Assembly (NCBI GenBank): GCA_937958885.1 | Contig: CALGMT010000001.1 | Location: 21,735 to 85,734 of the forward strand | Origin: an uncultured bacterium | Lineage (GTDB): Bacteria > Verrucomicrobiota > Kiritimatiellia > CAIVKH01 | Reading direction: 5' to 3' | DNA length: 64,000 nucleotides | Part shown: one piece after another, positions 43,511-51,745 of the stretch | How the letters are laid out: each line of letters begins with the position of its first letter | Numbering within the stretch: the stretch's first letter is position 1 | Made by a program: the position numbers and the translations under genes | Notes under the pieces: generated by a model | What the model was told of the DNA's origin: nothing | Databases searched by the model: none | The model's input: only the letters and a program-made list of their open reading frames with translations

Positions 43511-44740
43511 ATGACGAGTCCATCGGAACCGAAGCCCATTTCCCGCTGCCGCATTTGCGGTTCTACCCGCCTCGCGCGCATACTGGATTTCGGTCCGCAA
43601 CCGATCTGCAATCGGTTTCTACGCACACGGGATGAATCAGAGGACCGATTCCCGTTCGCCGTTCTGCAGTGTGCATCGTGCGGCGTCTTGCAACTCGAAC
43701 AGGTCGCTCCGCCGGAGGCCCTTCGCCCGCGATACGACTGGATCACCTACCGCGAGGCAGAGGGGCACCTGGATCAGCTTGTCGAAGACGCGATCGCCGC
43801 GTCGGGCATCGATCCCCATGCGCGTGTGATCGGATCGAATTACAAAGACGCCACCACGATCGAACGGTTCCGCAGGCGCGGTTTCGCGCGCGCCGATATG
43901 CTCGATCCGCGGCGACACCTCGGGGTGGACGTCGACCGCGCGGAGATCGAAACGGTGCAGGACCGGCTCACCGAGGATCGGATGCGCGCGCTCGTGGAAC
44001 GGGAGGGACCTGCCGACCTTGTCATCATGCGCCATGTGATCGAACACACGCACGACATTCACCGATTTGCGCGCGCGGTGCACGCGCTCGTGCGTCCGGG
44101 CGGATGCGCGGTTTTCGAAGTGCCCGATTTTGTGCCCAGTCTCGTGCACTTCGATTACAGCACACTCTGGGAGGAACACGTCTACTGCTTCACGCCCGCC
44201 ACGCTCCCTGCGACGTGTGCGCGTCTCGGATTCGAGGTGCTGCGAGTCGAGAACTATCGCTACCCCATCGAGAATGCGCTGGTTGTGATGGTCCGTGTGC
44301 CCGAGAAGTTGGTCCCTCGCCAACCAGCACCGATCGATCTGTCGCGCGAGCTTGAATGGGGCTGCGCGTACGGCGAACAGCATCCGAAGATCGCTGCGCG
44401 ATTACGGAACCGCCTCGAGGATTTCAACCGCCGCGAGGGGCCGGTGGCCCTGTTCGGCGCAGGACATCTCGCGTGCAAGTACATAAACTTCATGGGCATT
44501 GCGGATCTTCTCCGCTTCGTGGCGGATGGCGACCCGAAGAAGATGGGCCTTTTCATGCCTGGGTCGCGGCTGCCGATCGTGCACCCGGACCAGCTCTACG
44601 CCCAACGCATTCGCCTCTGCCTGCTCGCGTTGAGCGCCGAGAGCGAGGCGCGCATCCGCGAAGTCTTCAACGCGTTCACCGATAGCGGCGGCGAGTTCGC
44701 CTCCATTTCGCCGATCAGTCCCACCCGACTCGTCTTTTGA
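43511..44740 (+). CDS. C-methyltransferase-family protein (zinc-ribbon + methyltransferase + C-terminal domain) with a divergent SAM motif I
   Basis: CRICGSTRL...LQCASCGVLQL (4-Cys ribbon), VIMRHVIEHTHDIHRFARAVHALVRPGGCAVFEVPDF, C-terminal VALFGAGHLACKYINF. Paralog of the 47766..49031 gene, but motif I reads ARVIGSNYKD instead of VVDIGSNDG. Confidence 0.75.
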   Translation: MTSPSEPKPISRCRICGSTRLARILDFGPQPICNRFLRTRDESEDRFPFAVLQCASCGVLQLEQVAPPEALRPRYDWITYREAEGHLDQLVEDAIAASGIDPHARVIGSNYKDATTIERFRRRGFARADMLDPRRHLGVDVDRAEIETVQDRLTEDRMRALVEREGPADLVIMRHVIEHTHDIHRFARAVHALVRPGGCAVFEVPDFVPSLVHFDYSTLWEEHVYCFTPATLPATCARLGFEVLRVENYRYPIENALVVMVRVPEKLVPRQPAPIDLSRELEWGCAYGEQHPKIAARLRNRLEDFNRREGPVALFGAGHLACKYINFMGIADLLRFVADGDPKKMGLFMPGSRLPIVHPDQLYAQRIRLCLLALSAESEARIREVFNAFTDSGGEFASISPISPTRLVF

Positions 44741-45303
44741 TGCTAATTATGAACACAGAATCCCGACTAGAACGTACTGCCCCTGGGGTGCTTTCGACGA
44801 CCGACGCGATTGTGCGCATCGGCGCGGATGCGATCGAGCGCGTGAAGATAGAGGCGCGTCGAAGCGCGCGTAAACGCGCGCGTATTAATGCGCATGCCGA
44901 TCCAGACGCGCTCGTCCACGAAATGCTCATCGCGCTCGATCGCGAAACGTATCTGCGTCCACACCGGCACATCGAAAAATCCGAATCGTTCCACGTGATT
45001 GAAGGGCAGGCGGACGTGGTGATGTTCGACGAGGCCGGCGAGATCGCGGAGGTCATCCGCATGGGGCCGCCCGGCGGAGAGCGTTGTTTCTTTTATCGCC
45101 AGTCAGAAGCGCGGTTCCACACCTTGGTCATTCACGCGCCGATGTTCGTGATTCACGAGACGACCAACGGACCGTTTGCCGCCGATCGCACGATTTTTGC
45201 CGACTGGGCGCCGGAGGAAGGAACGCCGGACGCGGATGACTACATGGCCGCATTGCGCGAGCGCGTCGCGCGGTTTCTCACCGGGGTGACGGATCGGAGA
45301 TAG
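44740..45303 (+). CDS. WbuC-family cupin-fold metalloprotein
   Basis: ARKRARINAHADPDALVHEMLIALDRETYLRPHRHIEKSESFHVIEGQADVVMFDEAG matches the WbuC cupin pattern as I recall it from O-antigen loci. The ATG overlaps the upstream TGA by 1 nt. Confidence 0.7.
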   Translation: MLIMNTESRLERTAPGVLSTTDAIVRIGADAIERVKIEARRSARKRARINAHADPDALVHEMLIALDRETYLRPHRHIEKSESFHVIEGQADVVMFDEAGEIAEVIRMGPPGGERCFFYRQSEARFHTLVIHAPMFVIHETTNGPFAADRTIFADWAPEEGTPDADDYMAALRERVARFLTGVTDRR

Positions 45304-46501
45304 CCCGGCCGAGCAGCCGCGCGGCTGCCGCAATATCCTCGATTCGGCTGAATTCGTCTGGGTGATGGCTGATTCCATCGCGGCTGGCGACGAAGATCAT
45401 CGCGGTCGGCAGATACGGCGCCAAAATCGCAGCATCATGCAGCGCGCCGCTGGGGACGCGATGGAACGGGATCGCGCACGCCTCCGCTGCGCGCTGGAGC
45501 CGCTGGATCACGCGCTCATCGAGGGGGGCGGGCGATTGGTTTTCGGTCTCGGTGACCACCAGCTCCAGGTTTCGGGCGGAAGCAACCGCGGAAATGCGAT
45601 CTCGAAGCCTTTTGTCGCCCGCCTCCAGTATATCGCTCGTCTGCGCGCGAAAATCGATCGTGAAATCAACTCGTCCTGCGATCACATTGAGCGCATTGGG
45701 GAACGCATCGAGCCGGCCCACGGTCATGACGGTGTAGTCGAGATCGTCGGCCAATGCGCGGCCGATCCGCTCCACCTCGCAGACGGCCTCGGCGGCGCCG
45801 GCCAATGCGTCGCGGCGTTCATGCATACGGGTCGAACCCGCGTGATTCCCCTGCCCGCGCAGGGTGACGATGTACTGCTTGCGCCCGTTGATCCGGTCCA
45901 CCGCCGCAACCGAAAGCCCGCGGTTCCAGAGCGAGAGTCCCTGCTCGGGATGGATTTCGATAAAGCCGCGATAGCGGGATGAATCGAACCGCTGCGCGTC
46001 CATCGCCTCGCGTCGAACACCGAATGCGGCGCCGGCCTCGAAGTAATTTCGTCCTTCCCGGTTTCGCACCGCTGCGAGTTGCTCGACAGAAAGCGCGCCG
46101 ACCCAGCTTCGGCTGCCCAGCATGCCGAGTCCAAAGGTTGTGCCCTCCTCCTCCGCAAACACGATCAGTTCGAGTTCCACGCCGCAGCGCAGTAGCTCGA
46201 GCGCGCATACGACGCCGGACACGCCGTCAAATTTGCCGCCCGTGGGGACCGAATCGATGTGCGAGCCGGATAACCAGAGCGGCTTGTCCCAGCCGGACTC
46301 CACGAGGCGGATGTGAAGATTGCCGTGCGCGTCGATGCGGTGCTCGCACCCGGCGCGCGCGGCTTCGTCGATGACATACTGACAAGCTCGACCCCACGGC
46401 TCGGAGAACGTGGGCCGGCTGTATCCGAGCTCCGGCGGGCATTCAGAAAAAGCAGCGATGGTTTCGATATCGCGGGCCAGGCGCTTGGGGTCAATGTGCA
46501 T
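45278..46501 (-). CDS. M20-family Zn-dependent amidohydrolase, allantoate amidohydrolase / N-carbamoyl-amino-acid hydrolase type
   Basis: LSGSHIDSVPTGGKFDGVSGVVCALE, VFAEEEGTTFG, TLRGQGNHAGSTRMHERRDAL, SGALHDAAILAP, ASRDGISHHPDE. Collinear with E. coli AllC as I recall it. Confidence 0.75.
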   Translation of the reverse strand: MHIDPKRLARDIETIAAFSECPPELGYSRPTFSEPWGRACQYVIDEAARAGCEHRIDAHGNLHIRLVESGWDKPLWLSGSHIDSVPTGGKFDGVSGVVCALELLRCGVELELIVFAEEEGTTFGLGMLGSRSWVGALSVEQLAAVRNREGRNYFEAGAAFGVRREAMDAQRFDSSRYRGFIEIHPEQGLSLWNRGLSVAAVDRINGRKQYIVTLRGQGNHAGSTRMHERRDALAGAAEAVCEVERIGRALADDLDYTVMTVGRLDAFPNALNVIAGRVDFTIDFRAQTSDILEAGDKRLRDRISAVASARNLELVVTETENQSPAPLDERVIQRLQRAAEACAIPFHRVPSGALHDAAILAPYLPTAMIFVASRDGISHHPDEFSRIEDIAAAARLLGRAISDPSPR

Positions 46502-46538
46502 ACAATCTTTGGCGGGTCCGGAGCCCCCGCCCTGCCGA

Positions 46539-47306
46539 CTACAGGGGAAAATCGCGATTCACATTTTTATAGTAAATGTATCGTGTCGGCGTCTGACCCG
46601 TCGCGTAGTAGCACTGCGGACAGTACGGACCCATCCAGATAAAGTCTGACCCCTCAACCTCCATCCACCGATTACCGAGATAATACAGGCCCTTGCCGCC
46701 CAGCACATACAACCCGTGCTCCATGACGTGCGTCTCGGTGTACGGCAGGCTGTGACCGACTTGGAAGGTAAAGATGTTCATGGCCATGTCGTACGCGAAC
46801 GCGTCAGGGATCAACGTTTGCAGCAATGCGCCTTCGTCGCCCATGTACACCTCGCCACGCACGGCGGATTGGTTTCCGACGAGCGGCTTGAAGCACTCGA
46901 CGCCGTGCAGCGGCTCGTAGCGCTTGCGCAAAAGCAGCAGCGCCGTTTTTGCGCGAGCAGTCAGGCGATAACCGCAATCGGGCGGCAGCAAGGCGAAACC
47001 GCCCGCGGTCAGTGCGTGCAGGCCGGGTCCGGTCCGCTCGCTCGTCAACGCCAGCTCGGCCTCGCCTTCGAGCATGTAGAGAAAGTGTTCGATTGCCCCA
47101 TCCGGCAAATGTTCGCCATGCTGTCCGGGTTCCATGTCGATGCGGTATTCCGCAAAGTTCGCCCCGATGGCGGGCGCGGCAAAAACCCGGACCAACGCAT
47201 CCGGCCATTCGGGCAGCCGCGAATACGGAATGCCGCCGATCGGCAACAACGCGAAATTTCGTTCGACCTGAGTCCTGCTGCCAAGAAGTCCGAACTGACT
47301 ATGCAT
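46539..47306 (-). CDS. allE: (S)-ureidoglycine aminohydrolase (bicupin, AllE/YlbA type)
   Basis: 255 aa. TETHVMEHGLYVLGGKGLYYLGNRWMEVEGSDFIWMGPYCPQCYYATG...YIYYKNVNRD aligns closely with my recollection of E. coli YlbA ([39 protein letters not shown]...YIYSKDCNRD). Confidence 0.85.
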   Translation of the reverse strand: MHSQFGLLGSRTQVERNFALLPIGGIPYSRLPEWPDALVRVFAAPAIGANFAEYRIDMEPGQHGEHLPDGAIEHFLYMLEGEAELALTSERTGPGLHALTAGGFALLPPDCGYRLTARAKTALLLLRKRYEPLHGVECFKPLVGNQSAVRGEVYMGDEGALLQTLIPDAFAYDMAMNIFTFQVGHSLPYTETHVMEHGLYVLGGKGLYYLGNRWMEVEGSDFIWMGPYCPQCYYATGQTPTRYIYYKNVNRDFPL

Positions 47307-47355
47307 GTGTGCAGGCTACGGACGTCAATTGGGCAAATCAAGCGCAACCACAGCC

Positions 47356-47529
47356 CCCTCTCCCACCGCGTGGGTGAGGGTTGGGGTGAGGGCATCATTC
47401 CCCCAGCTCGCCGACCTCGGAGATCCCGCCCCCCATTCGCCTTCGCCATTCGAATACTGTAGATACGACACTCCGCCGCTGGAGATTTTCGTCTTCACAC
47501 TTCCGCCGGCTAATCGGTCGAACTACAGC
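47356..47529. repeat. Intergenic repeat unit, copy A (~174 bp) with GC-rich hairpin
   Basis: Direct alignment with copy B. The core 47356-47451 is near-identical to 47590-47686, and the distal block GGAGATTTTCGTCTTCACACTTCCGCCGGC...AACTACAGC is also shared. Hairpin CCCTCTCCCAC-cgc-GTGGGTGAGGG (one mismatch). Confidence 0.8.
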
Positions 47530-47589
47530 ACGAGGAAGAACTCACCGGATCGGAGATCGACGTGATCCGCGCACGCGTCTTCCGCCTCT

Positions 47590-47764
47590 CCCTCTCCCAC
47601 TGCGTGGGAGAGGGTTGGGGTGAGGGCATCATTCCCCCAGCTCGCCGACCTCGGAGATCCCGCCCCCCCATTCGCCTTCGCCATTCGGATTCTGCAATTC
47701 CGGCGCTTCATCCCCGGAGATTCTCGTCTTCACACTTCCGCCGGCAGAAAAGCGGAACTACAGC
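47590..47764. repeat. Intergenic repeat unit, copy B (~175 bp) with perfect 11-bp hairpin
   Basis: CCCTCTCCCAC-tgc-GTGGGAGAGGG forms a perfect stem. The unit ends 1 nt before the stop codon of the 47766..49031 gene. Period between copies is 234 bp. Confidence 0.8.
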
Positions 47765-47765
47765 C

Positions 47766-49031
47766 TCACCAAAACGGCGTCGTGCGCTTGTCCACCACCA
47801 TCATGTGCGGGAAGCACGTGATGAATGAGCCGCCCTGTTCAAGGAATCGCTGATGGTTCCGAATGATGGGCTTCGAATGAACCCATGCAAGGATGACCGC
47901 GAATTCGGGCTTTTGCTCGTAAAGCGCAGAGGTCGGCAACACAGGGATGTGATGGCCGGGACTGTACATCCCCTGCTTCTCAGGATTGTCGTCGACGATA
48001 AACTTGAGCAACGGGCCGAGTTCGAAGTGATAAAGCAAAAGCGTGCCGCCACGCGCCGCGCCGAATCCCGCCAGCGTGTTCCCCTCGTTATGCAGTCGGC
48101 GCAGCAAGTCGCGCATCTCGTCCCGCACGCGATTGACCTCTGCGGAGAATTGCTTGAGCGTGGCGGGTTCGGCCAGCTTGCGTTCCCGCTCCAGCGCAAG
48201 CAGCGCATCCACGCTCGGCGCGACCGTGCGGGGACCGCCGATGCGCTGCGCGGCGCCGATTAGCGATCCCCCCTGAATCGAAACGCGCTCCACATCGAAT
48301 AGCTCCAACCCATGCCGCCGCAAAAACGATTGGAGCGCCGCGACCGTGTGATAGCAGAGATGCTCGTGAAAAATCGTGCCGAGCAGCATTTTGTCGACCA
48401 CGTCCATCAGGTAGGAGACTTCGAACACGAAGATGCCATCATCCGCGAGCAGTTCGCGCACGCTATCGGCCATGCCGGCCATGTCATCGGTGTGGGCAAA
48501 AACGTTGTTCGCGGATACGACGCGAGCGGGGCCGTAGTCCGCTCGCACGCGGCGCGCGAGTTCGGGCGTCATGAACTCCGGGAGCGTTTCGATGCCGCGC
48601 TCGCTCGCGAAGCGCGCAATGTTTTCCGCGGGGTCAATACCGAGCACGCGGCAGCCATGCTGTTTGAAAAAGCGCAGAAAGGTGCCGTCGTTGCTGCCGA
48701 TGTCCACCACCAACGCATCCTTCGGCACCGCATGCTTGCGAATAACAGCCGATGCGTACTCCTCAAAATGCTTCACCAAGCCTGGCGAATTGCCGCTGAA
48801 ATAGGTGTAGTGGCCGAACAAAATGTTCGGATTGACGACGTCGAGCAACTGGACATGACCGCACGCCCGGCACATGTACATATCGAGCGGAAAGCAGTCT
48901 TGCGGTTCGTGGAGGCGCTCTTTCGTCACATAGGCGTCGCCGGGCGGGGTAGCGGTGATGGGCACGACCAATTCAAGTTCGGACGAACCGCAGAGGCGGC
49001 ACGTCGTTCGACGGGTGACGGGTGCATTCAT
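47766..49031 (-). CDS. NDP-sugar C-methyltransferase family (TylCIII-like: zinc ribbon + class I SAM MTase + C-terminal domain)
   Basis: CRLCGSSEL...MCRACGHVQL (4-Cys ribbon). SAM motif I ALVVDIGSNDGTFLRFF. NNVFAHTDDMAGMADSVRELLADDGIFVFEVSY. C-terminal LAGFGAARGGTLLLYHF. Confidence 0.8.
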   Translation of the reverse strand: MNAPVTRRTTCRLCGSSELELVVPITATPPGDAYVTKERLHEPQDCFPLDMYMCRACGHVQLLDVVNPNILFGHYTYFSGNSPGLVKHFEEYASAVIRKHAVPKDALVVDIGSNDGTFLRFFKQHGCRVLGIDPAENIARFASERGIETLPEFMTPELARRVRADYGPARVVSANNVFAHTDDMAGMADSVRELLADDGIFVFEVSYLMDVVDKMLLGTIFHEHLCYHTVAALQSFLRRHGLELFDVERVSIQGGSLIGAAQRIGGPRTVAPSVDALLALERERKLAEPATLKQFSAEVNRVRDEMRDLLRRLHNEGNTLAGFGAARGGTLLLYHFELGPLLKFIVDDNPEKQGMYSPGHHIPVLPTSALYEQKPEFAVILAWVHSKPIIRNHQRFLEQGGSFITCFPHMMVVDKRTTPFW

Positions 49032-49112
49032 ATCAAGTCTCCAAAAGGCGCCTATTTCGCGGCGAAATCATAGGCATCCCGCGATCCGACTCAATAGCGC
49101 GCTTTCCTGTGG

Positions 49113-50036
49113 CTACGAGTCCGCAGGCAACACCAGCGGGCGCGGATCTGTGGTCAATCGTGGAAGTTCATCGATCGAAATCGCATCGATGCGCCGCACT
49201 TCATCCGGCGTCAACGCCACCTCGGCCGCGCGAAGACAATCCTCCGCGTTCTTCCATCGCATGCTGCCGGGGATGGGCAGGATGCACGGTGACCTTGCGA
49301 GAAACCACGCAATCATCAATCGCCACGGCGAAACACCGCGCGCCGCTGCCAATTCTGCCAATACACGGGTGTGGTGAAGCTGCTGCGCCAGCCCCAACCC
49401 GCCCACGGGACGGTACGGAAGAAAACAGATATTTTCCCGCTCGCAATAGGCCAACACGCCGTCCCGCTCCGGATCGCGGCACCAAAGGTTGTATTGATTC
49501 TGAACGGTGACGATGTCCACGACGGACCGCGCCTCTTCGATCTGCGCGACGGAGTAGTTCGAGATGCCCACGTGGCGCACCAGCCCCTCGTCCACCGCGC
49601 GGCGCGCGGCGGCCATGGAATCGCGAATCGGCACGCGAGGGTCCGGCCAATGATGCTGCCAGAGGGCGATCGGTTCTCGCCCGCCGAGCGCTTCATGGCT
49701 CGCGCGAATAACGTCGTACAAATGCTCTGGCGCGCCTTTTCGCAGCCATCGCCCATTGACGCGAATCGCGCCGCCCTTGGTGGCCACCACGATGCGGGAG
49801 GCATCGCCTGTCCAGGAGGACAGCGCGCGCGCAATGAGCTTCTCGTTGTGGTGCTGATCGCGCTCGTCGTCGCAATACGAATAGGCGGTGTCAATGAACG
49901 TGACCCCGAGATCGAAGACACGGTGGAGGGTGTCGATGGCCTCCGCTTCGGGCACGCGTTCGAGCGAGAGGGCCATCGCGCCGTAGCCGACAATGCTGAC
50001 GCGCGTTTCGGTGTTCCCCAGTAGTCGCTCGCGCAT
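49113..50036 (-). CDS. Aldo/keto reductase
   Basis: VSIVGYGAMALS...GVTFIDTAYSY...HWPDP...GISNYS. 307 aa. Confidence 0.85.
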   Translation of the reverse strand: MRERLLGNTETRVSIVGYGAMALSLERVPEAEAIDTLHRVFDLGVTFIDTAYSYCDDERDQHHNEKLIARALSSWTGDASRIVVATKGGAIRVNGRWLRKGAPEHLYDVIRASHEALGGREPIALWQHHWPDPRVPIRDSMAAARRAVDEGLVRHVGISNYSVAQIEEARSVVDIVTVQNQYNLWCRDPERDGVLAYCERENICFLPYRPVGGLGLAQQLHHTRVLAELAAARGVSPWRLMIAWFLARSPCILPIPGSMRWKNAEDCLRAAEVALTPDEVRRIDAISIDELPRLTTDPRPLVLPADS

Positions 50037-50047
50037 CGCGCCTGCTC

Positions 50048-51082
50048 CTACAGCGCGATCAGGCAGCGCCCGTTGACTGCGCCGCTGCGCATGTCGGCGA
50101 TGGCTTGGTTGATCTCGGTCAGCGGATATCGGCGTCCAACCAGCGGCGCAAGGTCCAGCTTTCCATGCTCGACGAGGCGCACGTAGCGCGGGATATCGAT
50201 ATCTGGCACCGACTCGCCGCCGTGCGACCCCTCTAGTTCTTTTTCAAAATGAAGCGGCAGCGTGTAGATCGACACCAAGTCGCCCTTCTTCGGAACTCCG
50301 ACGAGTATTGTGCGTCCGCGGGCAGAGGTCAGTCGATAGGCCATCTCGATCACGCGAGGCTGACCGGTATTGTCCACCGCCACATCGAGTCCTGAAACAC
50401 CGATGAGCGCACGAATCTCGGCCTCGACATCCCGGCCATCGGCCACGATCCCGTGCGTGGCCCCAAGCTTTTTCGCGAGCTCGACCCGGCCGGGATGCAC
50501 ATCGACGGCGATGATCGGATACGCGGACACCATCGCGGCGGCTTGGACGATGTTGAGACCGATCCCGCCCGCGCCCAGAACCGCGATCGACTCGCCGATG
50601 CGAAGCCGTGCATTGTTGTTAACAACGCCGAAACCCGTCGTGACCGCGCACCCCATCAGTGCGGCAGATTCCGGATCAAATGCCGGAGGCACTGGCGTCA
50701 ACCGGTTTTCCGAAATGATAGCCATTTTGTTGAACGTGGTGACCCAGCCCGCATTGATCGGGCCGATAGGCGAATCATACCGGGGCGCGGGGGCCTCGAT
50801 CCCCGACGCGCGCCGCCAGTGCAGGACGACACGATCGCCGGACTTCACGCGCTTGACGCCATCCCCGCATTCCAACACCTCGCCGCAGCCTTCGTGCCCG
50901 AGGAGATGCGGCAGGTACGGATCGGGTCCCTTCACGCCGTCGATTTCGCCGAGCTGCGAACCGCAGATGCCGCTGGTGAAGAGGCGGACCAACACCTGCC
51001 CATACCGCAAAGGCGGGATTTCGATTTCCACGAGTTCCAGCGGCTTGCGCTGCTCGACGAGAACGGCGGCGAGCGTTTTCAT
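50048..51082 (-). CDS. Zinc-dependent alcohol dehydrogenase (MDR family)
   Basis: SGICGSQLGEIDG...LGHEGCGEV (catalytic Zn ligands). Rossmann VLGAGGIGLNIVQAA. 344 aa. Confidence 0.85.
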   Translation of the reverse strand: MKTLAAVLVEQRKPLELVEIEIPPLRYGQVLVRLFTSGICGSQLGEIDGVKGPDPYLPHLLGHEGCGEVLECGDGVKRVKSGDRVVLHWRRASGIEAPAPRYDSPIGPINAGWVTTFNKMAIISENRLTPVPPAFDPESAALMGCAVTTGFGVVNNNARLRIGESIAVLGAGGIGLNIVQAAAMVSAYPIIAVDVHPGRVELAKKLGATHGIVADGRDVEAEIRALIGVSGLDVAVDNTGQPRVIEMAYRLTSARGRTILVGVPKKGDLVSIYTLPLHFEKELEGSHGGESVPDIDIPRYVRLVEHGKLDLAPLVGRRYPLTEINQAIADMRSGAVNGRCLIAL

Positions 51083-51086
51083 GCGA

Positions 51087-51743
51087 TCATTCGAAATAAA
51101 TGAAGGAGTGGTCGCCGGTGTAACCGGTCAGCTTGAACCACCACGCCCACTCCTCGGGCGTGCAAAACATTTCGCAGGTCAATTGCCAGTAGAGCAAGTT
51201 CACCTTTTCCTGCTCATTGCGATAGGATTCGACGCAGAGATACTTCCGCTTTGCGACGCGTTCCATCTCCTTGAGCGCATCGTACAGCTCGTAGCAGTAC
51301 AGGTTGTGCAGCGTGTTGATACTGATGGCGAGATCGAAGGAACCGTCCTCGAATGGAAGCTTGCTCGCCGAACAGACGCGCAGGAATGGTTTAACCTCTT
51401 CCTTTGCGTGCTCGATTGCGTAACTTGAAATATCGATGCCTGCAACTTCGAGGCCGGGCACGACCTGCGTCAGGTCATACAGCAGAAACGCCTTGCCGCA
51501 GCCAATATCGAGCACGCGCATGCCCGGCTTCAATTGGTAGTGATCCGCCATCGCCTGCGCGACAGAGCGCCAACGTCCGTCATAGCGGTAGCCTCCGTAG
51601 CCCGTCTTGCGGTCGCCGTCCCAATAGTCCACCGCCCACTGCTTCGCAAGGACGGCGGCTTCCGCCTTTGGAAACTCGTTCACCCGCGCGAGGTAGTCGC
51701 GCTTTGTGGCTTTGTGGACGCTTGAAAGAAAATCGATATACAT
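51087..51743 (-). CDS. Class I SAM-dependent methyltransferase (218 aa)
   Basis: Trimmed to ATG 51743 (MYIDFLSSVHKATKRDYL). Motif I MRVLDIGCGKAFLLYDL. Motif II/III FDLAISINTLHN. Confidence 0.8.
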   Translation of the reverse strand: MYIDFLSSVHKATKRDYLARVNEFPKAEAAVLAKQWAVDYWDGDRKTGYGGYRYDGRWRSVAQAMADHYQLKPGMRVLDIGCGKAFLLYDLTQVVPGLEVAGIDISSYAIEHAKEEVKPFLRVCSASKLPFEDGSFDLAISINTLHNLYCYELYDALKEMERVAKRKYLCVESYRNEQEKVNLLYWQLTCEMFCTPEEWAWWFKLTGYTGDHSFIYFE

Positions 51744-51745
51744 GA

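Noticed and set aside
43348-43635. 95-aa plus-strand ORF spanning the tRNA-Val gene
   Set aside because: It reads straight through a well-folding tRNA and into the next gene's start region. No coding signal is apparent.
47045-47711. Pseudo-ORFs starting MAKANGG... on the minus strand inside both copies of the tandem repeat (and plus-strand ...HRVGEGWGEGIIPPARRPRRSRPP ORFs)
   Set aside because: They are generated by the repeat core itself and include the hairpin. They look like the SP-/GEG-rich artefactual peptides commonly produced by GC-rich extragenic repeats. I therefore treat the region as non-coding repeat DNA.
47356-47764. Possibility that the tandem repeat is a CRISPR array
   Set aside because: There are only two copies, the units are ~175 bp rather than 25-40 bp, the spacer is 60 bp, and there are no cas genes in the window.
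43421-47764. Possibility of a tRNA-Val-associated genomic island or mobile element
   Set aside because: I found no integrase, transposase, or direct repeat of the tRNA 3' end downstream. The genes after the tRNA are metabolic or sugar-modification genes with the same GC-rich character as the rest of the window.
49032-49112. Small hairpin (ATTTCG-ccg-CGAAAT) followed by TTTT on the minus strand between the AKR and C-methyltransferase genes, considered as an internal terminator or attenuator
   Set aside because: The stem is only 6 bp and AT-poor in context. The T-run is separated from the stem and immediately precedes a GGAG ribosome-binding site. This is too weak to call.
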